This document shows positions 29,080 through 44,614 of a DNA stretch of 64,000 nucleotides, piece after piece (within the stretch, counting starts at the first letter, position 1; the number at the start of each line of letters is the position of its first letter). Under the pieces are notes generated by a model. The model was not told where the DNA came from, ran no database searches, and saw only the letters and a program-made list of their open reading frames with translations. This DNA is from the human T2T-CHM13v2.0 reference genome, Homo sapiens, in assembly GCF_009914755.1 (NCBI RefSeq), contig NC_060936.1; one strand, given 5' to 3'. The position numbers were made by a program, and so were the translations under genes.

Positions 29080-29620
29080 CAGTGAGCACCTATGCCATTT
29101 TAGGTAGTGTGGGCACAGGAATGGAAAAGATTGACTCTGAGAAGTCCTCTGCCCATGTGGAGTTAGCAGTCATTCCAGAAAAGTCAGTCACACAATAAAA
29201 TTCAAGAATCAGTACAAGTTAAGTGAGTACTAAGTATTAAGTAGGCAAACTAGGGTAGTGACATGCAAGGGTCAGGAGCATGCTATTTTTGAGACTGTGC
29301 CAGAAAAGGCTTCTGAGTCCACATCATTTGCCTTAAGACCAGAGTGGCTAAAATTGCATGTTACAGGCAGAGGAAACAACGAAAACTGTGGCTTGAAGTG
29401 AGAGGAATGATGGTCTGTTTAAGGCACAGTGACAGCACTATGAACAGAGCACAGTGATAAAGAGAGAGAGAGTAAGGAGATGAGGTTCTAGGAGAAGATG
29501 AAGATCAGATCACAGAGGGACTTGTGCACCAGGGTAAGGAATTTTGAGTTATTCTGATTGAAACAGAAAGCCAGTGAATAACTTTAAGTGTGAAATTGAT
29601 TCAATTTGATTTATGTGAAT
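29080..29620 (-). mobile_element. L2 LINE fragment
   Basis: 'gtgagcacctatgcca', 'caggcagaggaaacaac', 'agatcagatcacagagggacttgtgcaccagggtaaggaattttgag'. Confidence 0.7.
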
Positions 29621-30599
29621 ATTTTGTGTCATTCATTTATAGTGGTCACCATGCCTGCCCTGCTGCGGCAGAAATGTATGCCAATATATGGAATTATGTT
29701 TGTTAGATTTGGAAAAGAAGCCTTCATTAAAATATCCTTGTCTCCACCTACATAATGTCTAACATATCTGCAAAGTGTTGGAATTTCAACTACCATTCAA
29801 ACTTAATAGCAAAAAAACTTGAACAACTGTCTTTCTTTATATATATTTTTTTTCATTTAAAAATGCCCATCAAACATGACTTAAACTTAATGACCTCAAA
29901 ATGTAATAAGAAGTGTAGTAAATGTGTAAGTTACAACTGGGGCATTTTTATTAGCAAAGTATAAATATTCTATGTCATTACAGAGTATTTTTTGTTTTGT
30001 TTTAAAAAATCTGCTTTTAAAGCCTGAATTAATAACTGATTGAAGTGATTACAATAAAGATAAAACTCATAGACTCCTGAGGATTTTATTAAATCTCTAC
30101 AGCCTTCTATTTATATTTTAATTTTTTTCTCACTGCTCAGCATGCAAGTGGGAATTACTGGAACACAAAATGAAGGACTGTCCTCTGGGCATCTACAGTC
30201 CCTGCAAAGCGGCTAGAAAACTTTAATGTTTCAAAAGCAAACTCCAGTTTGCTTTGGATTAATTTTCTTGTAAAGATCTTGCCTGAGAGGGTAGTTAGAG
30301 GTATGAAACAATGTTTCATTTTAATGCCAAAGAGACTTTAAGTGACTTGCCCAAGGTCATCAATTGTCACTAAAATAATAGAGAAAAAAATTCCACCTCT
30401 TTGTATGTGTTGCTCTTTCATTCACTAGATCAGTGATTTATAGTCTCTGCCTAAAGCTGTGAAAAGCATAACCAAACCTCCTGATAGGCAACTGAAATAT
30501 TCACTTTTCAGGTGATTTTTCCCACTCGGATTTTGGCAAGCTATCCAGTGTGGTGCACTAGAAAGAACACAGGAGCCGGAATAATAAGCCGGAATAATT

Positions 30600-31857
<1,258 letters not shown>

Positions 31858-32369
31858 CCTTCTTTCTTATTCATCATTGTTTCCCTATAATCTTGAGAAC
31901 ACAGAAGAAGGTGAGAAAAAAAAAAAATCTAATTGGGAGGAGTCAGGAAAGTTTTCCAAAAGGTAACATTGATATAAAAACTTACTGAGAAGAAATTTTT
32001 CAAGAGCTGATGTCTTTAAAGAGTGATAAGCACATACAAACCGAATACCATAGAAGTAACCAGGAGATGTCACAAACTAGCTTCAAGCTATAATTAGGTC
32101 ACATAAAATCAAAGAGTTTGGATTGATGCTAAATCAGTAAATATGGGCTAAATAGCAATATCTGAATCTCTTTGTTACTGTTGATGAATTTTAAACTTAG
32201 CCAGGGTGTAGGTTTTTACTGGACCAAGAATGATAGAAAAAAAACTAAGATTCAGAGCACACAGAAATCAGAGAACTGAGGAAATCCAGGAAGCTGGTGG
32301 GGAACTTAATTCAAAAAGCTGAAGAAATAGCTAGACAGAAGCATATATCAAAGTCAAGAATATGGAACT

Positions 32370-32760
32370 AGCAATATACTGATCACAGATATTAGCTAGA
32401 AGAGTGTAGATGGTTATTGCAGTAGTACAGGAGAAAAAAATAAGGACCTAAATGTGTGGCATTATGGTGGAGGGAAAGAATCAGATAAAAGAAATGCAAT
32501 CCACAGAACTCTGTAATTGATAGACTTTGAGAGACTTTACAGAGGAAAATCCACTGGGCCTCAGGTTAATGGCTTCTGGCATAGGCAAATGATAGATAAT
32601 GTAGTCATTCACTGAAATTGCATGAATGGATTTTATTGACAGTTTTAGTTAAAAATAACAAGATCATTTAGGATAAGGCAAATTTTGAAATCTTTATGAA
32701 ATATCCAGGTTGAAGTACAAGTTTTTGAATAATTAAGAACATGAAGCATGCATTCTGATG
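32370..32760 (-). mobile_element. L2 fragment
   Basis: 'ggttattgcagtagtacaggaga', 'ggcttctggcataggcaaatgatagataatgtagtcattcactgaa'. Confidence 0.55.
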
Positions 32761-33599
32761 AGAGTTGAAGTGTTTGGCAGGTTATTGAATTTGAAATAGG
32801 GGTGACAGAGCCCACAGTGGGTTATAAATGGAGTCATGAGTTGCCAATGAGTCAGTGACAGAGTAAAAGCAAAAAACTCTGACTCAGAACATGGGAAAAG
32901 ACTGATGGCTGGAAGAGCTTGTGAGAGTCCACATCAATTTGCTTCAGATAAAAATAAGTCAAGAACTCCATGGACAGGGGTGCAATGACACCAACTTGCA
33001 GCTTAATAGAATATGGAAGGGAGACTTCAGATAATACTCTGTTTACTGCCAAAACCTATCCTCAATTAAGTTAAACTTTGATTTAGCTTAAGTTAAAAAA
33101 CAAACAAATATAATATAATATGCAAGTAGGGGTTATCAGATTATCTATTTGATTCTTGGAATTAACAGCAGGCAAAGGACAGATTTGAGTGGCTGGTACT
33201 TTTTATTCACATGGAATGGAAAGTAAGGATTTAGACTTAAAGATAGTTGGCAACAGAGCGTCAGCTATCTGAGTCACAAAAAGATCACCTGCAATCAATA
33301 CAAAATTTATTTTCCATACTTGAAGGTGTAGTAGGAGTTGGCATATGGTATACTGAGTGAGGTGCTCATGAAACAGTGCGTGCTTTGTCTCAGTTAAACT
33401 TGTTAAGCAATAGTGGCACTTCATTTAGATTTTTCTCACAAAATAAACTGATTTATTATTGCCAAAATTAAAAAAAAAAATTGTTTCCCTAAGTAGTCAA
33501 AAATTTAAAATTGTCTCAAGGAGATTATCAATCAGCTGTATATAAAATTTTGCCTGTCTTCTTTTACTAGGCCTATTATAGACTTCTAATAATAAATAT

Positions 33600-34095
33600 G
33601 TTTGTGCTATCTGTTACTGACAGAAAAATTATTCCAAAGTCTTGAACAGAAAAATTAGGTATTGTCTTACATGACTGAAAAATTCAGAAGTTATTTGATC
33701 AGCAGTTGAAATAATGTTCTAGGATTTAGTTTCCTATTCTCTATCACTCAACTCTACTATCCCTAATATCAGTGCTATTCTCCAGTAAGCTTTCCCCTCT
33801 TGATTTAAAAACAGCTTAAGCAACTCAAAACTATACGTGCTCCAAGTTTCATGTTTTTTAAGAAAGTGTGAGATTATCCTATCCAAGACCACCCCCTCCA
33901 CCATGAGGTTTCATTCATCTCATTGGCCCTGAATGTGTCATATGTTCATCTATGAATCCATCACTGCAGCCAGAGTAATGTGCTCTGCTGATTAGCCAGA
34001 TCTAGGTAATATATACTTTTGTGTCTTCACAGTAAAATCAGCTTTATCCAAACCACATGGAATGAAACTGAAAGATATTGCAGTTTTCAAGAACA
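33600..34095 (-). mobile_element. Old MLT1 (J/K-like) LTR
   Basis: 'catctcattggccctgaatgtgtcatatg...gaatccatcactgcagccagag...ctgattagccagatctaggt'. Confidence 0.55.
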
Positions 34096-34098
34096 AAA

Positions 34099-34160
34099 TG
34101 TACCCTATAAATATATACACCTACTAAGTACCCACAATAATTTAAAAAAATAAATAAAGA
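34099..34160 (+). mobile_element. Very short L1 3' terminus (L1MA/L1PB-type)
   Basis: 'tgtaccctataaatatatacacctactaagtacccacaataatttaaaaaaataaataaa'. Confidence 0.75.
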
Positions 34161-34176
34161 ATAGATAAGTCCTGGG

Positions 34177-34182
<6 letters not shown>

Positions 34183-34242
<60 letters not shown>
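34183..34242. repeat. (TA)n microsatellite in an Alu tail
   Basis: About 60 bp of pure AT repeat between the TSD and the Alu poly-T. Confidence 0.97.
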
Positions 34243-34252
<10 letters not shown>

Positions 34253-34535
34253 GAGACAAAGTCCCACACTGTTGCCGGGCGGGAGTGTAGTGACGCCATC
34301 TCGGCTCACTGCAACTTCCACCTCCCAGGTTCAAATTGACTCTCATGCCTCAACCTCCCAAGTAGCTGAGATTACAAGGTCACACCATCACACTGGCTAA
34401 TTTTTGTATTTTTAGTAGAGAAGGGGTTTCACCATGTTGTCCAGGCTCGTCTCTAACTCCTGACCTCAATAGAGATCCACCCGCCTCAGCCTTCCAAAGT
34501 GCTGGGATTACAGGCATGAGCCACAGCGCCTGGCC
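34243..34535 (-). mobile_element. AluS
   Basis: Antisense Alu. TSD cctgggtgca at 34171-34180 and 34535-34544. Confidence 0.95.
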
Positions 34536-36699
34536 CTGGGTGCAGAAATTTTTCTATCTCACATGCAACATGAAAAGACAGGCCCACTAGACATCAAAAG
34601 AACACTTTGGGTTTAGACCACAAAAGATATCTCTGGTAATCAGTAATCAGGGCATTGCAAGTTATTATCTCATTTGGGGGGCAGCATCTAGATCTCCTGA
34701 TTTTGAGTGAAACTAGAGGTAAAATAATACCCCAATAATTTCTCAATGGATGAAATATCATCCACCATAGGAGATGGGGAACTCTGAGACAAAACAAATT
34801 GGAATTAATGGCATATACAGAGTAATGTTTATTTTACACTTGGACTTGTGGAGTAAAATTAGTATCTCTTCATAAGTGTCTCAGACTTGCTTAGGAAGTG
34901 CTGACTTGAGCTTGCAAGATTAAATGCTATTCCTGGAAGCATGGAGAGTCATCAGAGAAATACCAATATTTGAAGACAATGTAAAACTTGGGATAATGTT
35001 CAAAATGACATATTCAAAAATTAATAAATATACAAAGCTATAGCCATTCAATAATGTAACCATTTACTGGAAACTATCTTTAAAACTGTAGCTGTGACTT
35101 CACAGGATCATCATATGAATTTAGGAAAAGTGAATAAGGAGGAATGGAGGGAGTATTTTGCTTAATCTTAAAGCCTCTTTAAAATAAAAAAATCAAAGAC
35201 AACAAAATCCTTGACCATATATAATAGGTCATTTTTATACCAATCTCATTTAACTTTCTTTAATGGAAGTATTAAAAATATACATCTGTACTTTAGGGAG
35301 ACTCTTTTGTTATTGGCAGTAGGGTTGTGTTTAATGTAAGAGATAATTATAAACTATAAATATAATTCCAACTGTAAATATGTGTGGAATAATTGAAGTC
35401 CTAGAATCTTATATTTTTGTCCACACACTCCAGCTGAATAAATAATGAAGCAACATGACCTCCAGTGATGACAGATAGGCTCAGCTTTTGACAATATGAT
35501 TCCTACATTTGCTCAAAGCTAAAACATCTTTAAACTTGATGGAGAATAAAATGAGAATTCTGTTGCACAATATGAAATAAAACTCATATAAATTAATCAT
35601 CAAAATCATGAACCTAGAGCATTAATTTGCAATGACTTGAGCTACATATAATTATACAAACATGTATTCTAAGTAGGAAAAGCAGAAGCAATTTTATAAC
35701 ATAGTAGTCCATTTTCCCAGGATGGTACAGGGTTGATGGTTAATTAGTTTGCTCTCTTAGTTCACAAAAATATTTGAAAATGAATTTATTTATTTTAGTA
35801 ACTTGGTTACTTTAGTACTTTCCCCAGGAGATATCTTCCATGCCAAAAGCTAATATCTTCAAAAGTCTAAGAAATTGTCTTAATTTGATTACCTGTATGT
35901 TCATGGCTTTGAAATAAATTGCTCTCTAAAAAATTTATTGTATTAATTATTAAGTTACATAGTTTTCTTTTTTCCTCCTAGCACTTAATTCATTTATTTA
36001 AATGTGTTTAATTATCCATAACATTTTTAGCCAATAAGTAATAAAAAGTCAAAAGAAACTAAAAGTTGAGATTTTACATATAGCTTTCATTACCCCTCAA
36101 TACACTGAGATAGACTAACTGCTGAACATTTATGTATTTATTTATTTCATGGCAAGACACCAAATTTTCCTTTTTCTTTAAGTTGTTATAGTTAGCTGGA
36201 AAGCTTTTCATTTTAGTCTTAAATTGAATCAACAGGGGGCAAGTATGCCTGCAGTTCAGAATATATCATAGAATGATTTTCCACTATAACTTTCCTGTGG
36301 GAACACTCCGCTACCAGACAAGTATTTTAGCTGCTTTCCATCAGATCATCTGTATTCAGTTATAGAATGCATAACTACTTTGATTCCTGTTTTATTTTTT
36401 ATTAGATTGTGTTGTAGAAATGAATATTCTGGGTACATTTAAAAAACAAATATAGATAAATCAAGTAGTTAGAGAAGAGAAAGGGATTCTTTTTTATCTC
36501 ATTTGAACAAACACATAAGTGCAATAAAAATTGTTAAGTGTTATTATTTAAATTATGTAAGCCAAATTAACCAATCAGCTTTCTTAATTCTCTTCTATCT
36601 CTTAGCTTTACGTATGCAGGGGAAGTTGTATCCAACAGTGAATGAGAATATAGATTCTTTTGTCATATTACCTGAGTCCTAATGTTTATTTGCTACCTA

Positions 36700-37200
36700 T
36701 GTAACTATGGTAGTCAGAAATTATGTGGCACAAGTGACAAAACCCAACTCATATTATCTTGTAGGAAAAGAGAGAGAATCTATTGACTTCTATAACTGTA
36801 TTATAAAAAGATAAATTCAGACATCACTGTATCCAGGGTCACAAACAAGCCACCAGCGTTCTCTTGCTCCATCCGCCAGCTTTTCTTCCTCCTATATTGC
36901 AGACAATTTGATTATGCATGGTACTAAATATGGTCACTGGCTGTTTCAGGACCATACCATTCTTACAACTCAGGCAAAAATATTTCTTGAGAATGACTCT
37001 TATTGGCTTGAATTTTGTTATACATTCTTCCCTCAACATGTAGTTAGAGAAAGGGAAATGCTGATTCACTACAGTCAGATGAAGGCAAATAATATGTGAC
37101 ATAACCCCAAATACCAGATTGACAACCCTAGGAGGTTGAGGGGACAATTCTCAAAAGGAACAGATTATGGACAGATAAAAAGACATAGATGCCCTTATGA
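36700..37200 (-). mobile_element. Old MLT1-type LTR
   Basis: 'ggcacaagtgacaaaacccaactca', 'ttcagacatcactgtatccagggtcacaaa', 'actcttattggcttg'. Confidence 0.5.
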
Positions 37201-37438
37201 TAATATTGAGAAAGTTACTTACTTACTTTAACAGCTGACTCTCTCTTCTGTATATATAAAGGGAATAACACTATAACTTCTATAATGCTAAAGAGAATAA
37301 AATTATAGGCAGCTAAGAGACTTCTTAAAAAGATTCCGAGAAATAAAAGGAAAATAACCCTAATGGTGATTTAATAGAAGGAATGAAATCACAAGCAAAG
37401 AAAGTACTGGAATGGCATTTAGGAAAAAAAAAAAATAG

Positions 37439-37877
<439 letters not shown>

Positions 37878-38269
37878 TCATCTTGAAATAACCCTGAGCT
37901 TGAAATCGTCATAGAATTAGAAGAAGAAATAAAACATTAAAGAGGTGAATTGACAACATGTCTAAAAAGCAAGTGGCATCTTCACGTCTTATTTATTTTC
38001 CATCTATTCTATGATTTTGCTCCCTGGGTGCAAGTAGCCAAGTGTTTACTCTCAGTCAAAAAGAAAAGAGCATTCTTTAAAGAAATGGAACAAACTACTT
38101 GGGAAGCAAATTAGAGCAGGATTTTCACACCTCAGTATAGAGCTTCCCCAATCTGGTATTTATTTGGGTCTATGATACATTAAAGGCTAGCTCTGCACTG
38201 CATAACTTAGAGCGAATCCTGCAAGAAGATCAGCACTTAATATTCATTGTCCTCACAGGCAGCCTCAAT

Positions 38270-38490
38270 TTTTTTTTTTTTTTTTTTTTGAGATGGAGTT
38301 TTGCTCTTGTTGCCTAGGCTGGAGTGCAATGGTGAGACCTTGGCTCACTGCAACCTCCGCCTCCCAGGTTCACACGATCCTCAGCCTCCCGAGTAGCTGG
38401 GATTACAGGCATGGGCCACCACACCTGGCTAATTTTGTATTTTTAGTAGAGATAGTGTGATCTCAGGTAATCTGCCTGCCTCAGCCTCAC
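38270..38490 (-). mobile_element. AluS, 5'-truncated and internally deleted
   Basis: Antisense Alu with gaps. TSD agcctcaat at 38261-38269 and 38492-38500. Confidence 0.92.
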
Positions 38491-38849
38491 TAGCCTCAAT
38501 CTTGAAGAGGAATGAACTCTATAGAAAATAGAATGACACGTACACATCTATAAAATAAACTCATGCCAACCACCAAAAATTACCAACTCAAGTTCTTCTA
38601 AAACATGATGAAAGTATTAAAGTTTACTAGACATATGAAAACAATCAAAAGCAAGAGAGAACCAAAATAATATTACAATTCACTCTATACATAATAGACA
38701 ACTCAGGCAACAGAAATAACTTTTTAAAATCAAGTATCCTCAATGATATTCAAGCCAGATTACTTTGCCCCTATAGAACAGAAACAGGATGTTATTTTAA
38801 AGCAACAATTCAGGAATAAGAAATTCCAAAAGGAGACAGATTTTGCTTT

Positions 38850-39698
38850 TAATATTTGATGTAAAGGAGTTTATATTTTCGTGATACCAGTACTTTGTCA
38901 GACGTATGATGAGCAAATATTTCAAACACATTTTCCACATCTGAGATGTAAATATTTGTTTCCTTTATGACATCCTTTAATGAACAGAGTTTTATTTGAT
39001 GAGGTCTAACTTATTTTTACTTTTATGGCAAAGTTGTATATCCTAACAAACTTTAGCCTACTTACAAGTTGAAAAGATATTCTGTCTTCTAAACCCTCAA
39101 TGGTGGTTAACTTTTTCATTTAAGTATATAATCCAAATTATTAATCTCAAATTAATTTTGTATATAAGGAGAAAAGAATTGACTTTTTCTCCATAAATTT
39201 AGTTGTTTTACCACCATTTGTTGAAAAAAAGTCTCCTTCCCATGTTTTTCCTGATTCATCAAAATATAATTATTTTCATATTTTTGTATTGCACATTATA
39301 AATGATATGATGTAGAAATTCTGACTCTTATATTCTCACAAATACTTTATTTTGAAACCAGTGGTTTAACTTGGCTAAACTCTAGTCAAGAGTTCTTGTT
39401 TCCCTTTCAGTGAACAATAGCTTAAACCTCAGATCAGGTCATTTAGCCTCTTCTGGACTGCTTGGAGACTTCCCCCAAGCACACATATTGTGGAGTCAAA
39501 CAAAGATGTGAGAAGAGTATATGTAGAACTTGGGATTCCCCTTTTTTACTTTCTTCCTCTCAGGATTTCACCCCTAGCTTTCCAGTAACTTTGGTCCTTT
39601 CCTGAGCTCTGCCTTGTTCTCAAGCAAACAAGACTGAGGGTTTTTCATTGAAGTTTTAACTGACCCACAATGTATAGTCTCAGACCTGCCTCCAGGCA
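38850..39698 (-). mobile_element. Old L1M fragments
   Basis: 'gataccagtactttgtcagacgtatgatgagcaaatattt', 'tttgatgaggtctaactta', 'caccatttgttgaaaa'. Confidence 0.6.
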
Positions 39699-40406
39699 TG
39701 TATTACACTGTAAGTGACAAATTGTAGCTATAAGATCACCAGTACTCTTAGGTCCACTCAAACATCTTGCAGTGCTGACACTATGTGTCAGTTAGCAATC
39801 TAGCCCAGGGGTTTTTCAGCCCTGGCCCAAGGACTTCCAGGAGACAAGATCGTCTCAGCACAGATGAAATTCTCATATACCTAAACCATAAAACAAAGCT
39901 TATCCTTAAAAGTACAGCTTAAACTCCCTTTAAGAAAGAAACACCTTGTAACTGACACAGACTGAACACCAGTATAAGAAAGGAGGAAGTATCCCCCAAA
40001 CTCTGAGAATGGTCTCCAGATGTAGACCTTCTTGGGCAGATAGTCCTCTGACCCCTAACTGCATCTCTCTATCTGGCCCATGTCACAAGACTGCTTTCAC
40101 TGTCTGTGGTGGCATATGCCACAATAAACTGCTTGAGTATCAGAGGTTATCTAAGTCTCTTTTTGTTGTTTGCTTGTTTTTGGACATGGTCTCACTCTGT
40201 AGCCTAGTGGCGCTACTCTAGCTCACCGCATACTTCAACTTCTGACTCAAGCAATCCTCCCGTCTCAGCCTCTTGATTAGCTAGGACTACAGGCACATGC
40301 CACCACACCCAGCTATTTTATCTGTGATGGAATCCAAACTGGAAGTGAAAAGTAACTCCTGGGGAAGCTGATTAACTATGACCATCCAAGAGTCCTGAGT
40401 ACGACA
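39699..40406 (+). mobile_element. Solo LTR (ERVL-class, MER54/MER73-like) containing an Alu monomer
   Basis: TG...CA termini, near-TSD aggca/aggta, TATA-like 'agtataag', 'aataaactgctt'. Subfamily tentative. Confidence 0.6.
40160..40318 (-). mobile_element. FRAM/AluJ-type monomer
   Basis: 'ggtctcactctgt...ctcaagcaatcctcccgtctcagcctc...ggactacaggcacatgccaccacacccagcta'. Confidence 0.88.
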
Positions 40407-42536
40407 AGGTAAAAGCTGTAAAAATGGGAAAATCTCCCAGTGTAATTCTTTTCTTTTTTTCTAAGTGTCACCTCCTTTTCAGTATCTGCCTACTTTTGGA
40501 CAGTCTCCAGTCTTCTGGTAGTGGTTTGTATCTTTTCCAGAGTTTGTGGTTATTCTTGGTGGTATGACTGGTCCTGATTCAACAGGAGATGCACAGCTGT
40601 ACCTAATTACATTAGATAAATACACTAATTGTTTTACATCCACTTATATGTATATTCATTTCTTCTACAAATAGAATACATTATGATATAGTGTGATTTT
40701 TCAATAAGATTGATTATTTTATTCCATTTTTGTCAAAACCAATAGAAAATACTAGGTTTAACAGAATATGAACTGAGAGTGGAAAGATAAGCCATAAAGG
40801 GAAAAAGCGAAAATAAGTTTCTGTTTTGTTTGATAAGTTTATGCCAAACATGTAAATAATCCAAGAACAAGACTATTTCTTTTTCTTTTACTTTTTAGAA
40901 CCGAAGGTATTTTATATATCCAATAGATAGCTTTTATGTTACTCTAAAAATGTCTTTGCTATTCAAGAGAAAACAACTTTTTTAAGGCCAATACTTTAAA
41001 AGAAGATATAAAATTTATCAAAAAATTCTGATGAAAATATTTTTTATTACTCTTATAATTCTAAATACAAAATGATATTTTCAAGCCTTCTGTATACAAG
41101 TGCATTATTTTCTATATATAGAAAGTATATTATATACATAATAGATATCAAAATAATGAAATATTATTACAAAGAAATCAATAAATAACACAGAAGCCAA
41201 CCAATCTGTGATTATTTATTTTATATATCTACTTCCAAAACACCTCAATGAAAGTTAATATATCAATCACTTCTATAAAAATTTTGCCAAAAATTATCCT
41301 AATGTTGCTAAATAACTGTCTGAATGTTTCTAACATACATAAAATTGTTTTGAATTAGTTTTTGCAGTAATTCCACCAAGCAGTCGATATTTATGGAGTA
41401 CCTGTCTGTGCAGGCACTGTCTAAAAAACAATTATTCCAAATGAAGAAAGCTGAAGAATGATAAATACAGAAAAACAGAGAAAGAGAACACAACCATATA
41501 AGAGAAACACAAATCATATTTTCTTAAAAAAGAGGATTAAGATTGGCATTTGGAAAGAACTAGAAAATAAGAAGTTATGAGATTTAAAAGTGTAAAAGGT
41601 GAAAATAATAAAATGTAAATAAATGAAATCCAAATCAGAACCAGCTTTGCAAAAATAAAATGAAATGCCATTTAAAGGTTGGAAAGAACATACACAGAAC
41701 ATGTTTATAACAAACTAAAGGCCCAATCACAGGACACCTAAATGTGAAGTCCAGTTGACGTAGCACGTAGTAAACATAATTGTAGTTAAAATTGGAAAAA
41801 ATAATTAAGATTAAATCGGTTAGAATATGAGTTTGAAAAATATCCATCAAATAAAGTAAACAAAAGGTAAGTGGTCTATAACAAGTTGAAATAAACAGTG
41901 CTTGAAATATACCACCTTCGAAAGGTCCAATTTGAGATTTGATTATGCTTTCCTTCTAGAGATGAAAGAATAACAATTGACATTTGTTGCTTTCTATCTT
42001 AATTTTAACATATTTATTTTCTCAGTCTCATGTATAAAGCTTGTGGTTCAGATCTATTTGGAATGGAGTTATGGTACACTATATTTTTTCAGGCTGTGAC
42101 CTTAAAGAAGTCTTCATTTCCAATTCTAAGGGAATTGAATGGATTTTTTTCTCTCTTGAACTTATAAAAATGAGTAAATCTTCTAGTCAAACAATAAAAA
42201 CAAGAAAACAAAAAGTGTTCCATTTTGAAAAACGTTTAGTGATATTTGGTTCCCACACACACATACATAAAAATCTCAGCACTTATATGTACTCTTAAAA
42301 TTTCCAAGTTATACTGTCTACTTTTGATTTATGAACCTGCTTTAGATTCCATTACCTAAAGTACACAAACTATGTAATAAATGATTTAACTATATTCTTC
42401 AACATAATTCTTAGATAAGAAAAATGTTGCAAAGAAAGATGCTAGGGTAAAATCTATTTTTAGTACATCTCATTTACTGAAAGTCCATATCCATTCTGCA
42501 CTGATGAATAATGCGAATAAAACTTTGGCAAAATTA

Positions 42537-43200
42537 TCATATTTCAAATATTATGATATGCACTCTTTTATAGTTTAACATCTTTTCGATTGGATATATC
42601 TTAGAATTGATAACATCTTACAGTCACTTTCTGCCAGAGGGCAGTTGTGACAGGAAGTATGCTATGTTATTCTTTATGCTTTGACTTATTTGTAATTCCT
42701 TGTAGCATGACAGGATAATCACAAGTTCTCAAACTTTCAGTCATTACATTATCTAAGAATCATTTAAGAAAAGAATATCGGTTCCAGTAGTTACCTGAAA
42801 ATGTTCAATTGACATCTTCTGGTAAAATCAACAAAGTGCTAGCAGGAAAAATTAGAGTGTTTATCAGTGCCTTGTGTGAAAATCCTGGAAATAATGGTGA
42901 AGCTCTCTTAAGGAAAAGAGAATCAACAACCCTCTTGAGGACACAGAAGATGATATTGTAAGGAAAACCGTGGAAATTGATGACTAATGCAAAAGTGATT
43001 AAAAATATTCAGACTCTAAGTGGGAAAACATTTTAGTGATACCTTAACCAATGTATTTCACTTATATTTTTCTTTATATGAACACAAAAGATGTGTGTGT
43101 ATATGTGTGTGTGTGTGTGGTAAAAACTTTCAAAGACAAAAATAAAACTTACATTTATTCTAAATGTTTCTCTTCTTCTGTTAGAATATCCGAAATAAAT
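42537..43200 (+). mobile_element. TcMar-Tc2 DNA transposon (Kanga1/MER104-like), internally deleted
   Basis: Flanking TA dinucleotides (42535-36, 43201-02), degenerate TIRs tcatatttca.../ttagaatatccgaaataaat, and a pogo/Tc2 transposase C-terminal remnant from 42683. Confidence 0.72.
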
Positions 43201-43309
43201 TATCATTATTATTGAAAATTAGAAATCGATTTTGCTTTTAAATTAGTAACTAGAGTAACAGTCATTGTTTCATATGCAGTATACATATACTACCTTATGA
43301 TGTTAGAAA

Positions 43310-43500
43310 AGGGGGAGTTCTGGGGCCAGACTTTTGAGTTCAAATCCCTTCTTTGAATGTTTAGTTACTTAACATTTTTATGCTTCAGTTTTATTATTTG
43401 TAATATAGGTATAATATGTTATATCATAGATTTATTATAAAGTTTGCATGTGTAAAGTGCTTACAATAGTGCCTCCTATATCATTACTGTTAGAGTTATA
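43310..43500 (+). mobile_element. MIR
   Basis: 'gagttcaaatccc...agttacttaacattttatgcttcagttttattatttgtaatatagg...tgtaaagtgcttacaatagtgcct'. Confidence 0.75.
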
Positions 43501-43751
43501 TGTATTTACTATGCAATGAAGAGGAACTCAAAATTTAAAACTATGAATATTACAAACCGTTAAGTTTTTACCTATCAGTCTTTTCTTATCTTGTTATCAA
43601 CAAGTGATCTTTGAAACCAAGAGTGAGGGATGATAAATGTGGAAGAATATCAATCAAAAGAGCATTATTTTTTTCAAAATTCCGCCTTGAATCCACATAA
43701 AGCCTACTGATTCAGTTTTCAGGATGGGAGTGAGGTAGAGAATAGAGGTAA

Positions 43752-44087
<336 letters not shown>

Positions 44088-44614
44088 TGAGTCACCTTTT
44101 TATCCCAACTATTGAGAGTCATTTTTTTTATATATGATCTAGATTCCAGAATGACTCACAAAAATGAGACTACCCGATGTTTCAACATTGCAGCCTTCTT
44201 TTCTGTTTCTTAACAGCCAATTCAGAAGACCAAAATGTGACAAATTTTTAGTTATTTATTTTTAGTTTATGCTCCTCTAGAGAGTCAAGGAAAAGGGAAA
44301 ATTAATAGCTCATGCTTTTCTTTGTTTCCTTTGCCTCATGGAAATCTCCCTTTTCTCCTGAACTGTAATGTTACAGAATGCTATGACTCTTCCTCTTTGA
44401 TAATAACAGCGAACAAATTTTCCTTACAAGATCAAAGAAATGGCAAAGCAAGGCATTTGAGTTGCTTTTAGATTTTAAAAAAATTTAAAAAATTAGCTAA
44501 TTTTTAATGATTTTCAGTGTGATGTTTTGTGCTTGCTCTAAGAAAGGGTAAACAAAACTTCTTTAACAACAAAAAGTTGAAAACTCAAACCAAAATCATG
44601 ATTTAAAGTAAGTA

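Noticed and set aside
34044-34400. Poly-(YI) and (TH/CV) ORFs (also 37515-37912)
   Set aside because: Artefacts of (TA)n/(CA)n microsatellites.
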